The notes beneath the pieces are model-generated. The model was not told the DNA's origin, searched no databases, and worked only from the letters and a program-made list of their open reading frames with translations. From the NCBI GenBank assembly GCA_963737155.1, contig CAVTRN010000002.1, positions 608,001 through 672,000 on the forward strand: 64,000 bases of DNA. The letters run 5' to 3'. Positions 63,922-64,000 of this stretch are shown here, piece after piece. This DNA is from Nitrospirota bacterium (GTDB lineage Bacteria; Nitrospirota; UBA9217). The translations under genes were made by a program, and so were the position numbers. Position 1 is the first letter of the stretch. Each line of letters opens with the position of its first letter.

Positions 63922-64000
63922 ATGATGGATGATATTTTATTTGCAAAAGGGTTGGTTATCGGCTTTCTGATCGCTGTACCCGTGGGACCCATCGGCCTAC
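63922..64000 (+). CDS. LysE-family translocator, 5' end only
   Basis: KGLVIGFLIAVPVGPIG N-terminal LysE motif runs off the window edge. Confidence 0.75.
   Translation, partial: MMDDILFAKGLVIGFLIAVPVGPIGL

Overview
A 64-kb bacterial chromosomal window. Gene content suggests a Nitrospirota/Desulfobacterota-like anaerobe; this is an inference only. It is an accessory, decaying region. It holds two inverted paralogous CheR(-CheB)-PAS histidine kinase + single-domain response regulator modules, a REC-PAS-GGDEF-EAL protein, and envelope/periplasmic genes (PqiA-like, DsbC, DegP/HtrA, M16 peptidase, AttH + ABC transporter, cytochrome c). It also has a GH1 glycosidase, an S1/P1 nuclease, a SNF2 helicase/SWIM pair, dcd, gltB and many pseudogenes. 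Mobile DNA is dense: IS1182, IS1380, IS200-type tnpA, IS4 and IS110 remnants, two group II intron fragments, a 248-bp IS1202-like MITE and a decayed tRNA-fMet att-like copy. The most notable feature is a ~1.65-kb element (28300-29944) without terminal inverted repeats. It interrupts a PQQ-type beta-propeller gene precisely at a CTAA tetranucleotide and encodes a protein with Rep_trans-like (pT181 Rep / MOBT relaxase) motifs plus a C-terminal wHTH. It is a candidate non-HUH, tyrosine-based rolling-circle insertion sequence that I cannot assign to a standard IS family. No CRISPR array, rRNA or intact tRNA was seen.
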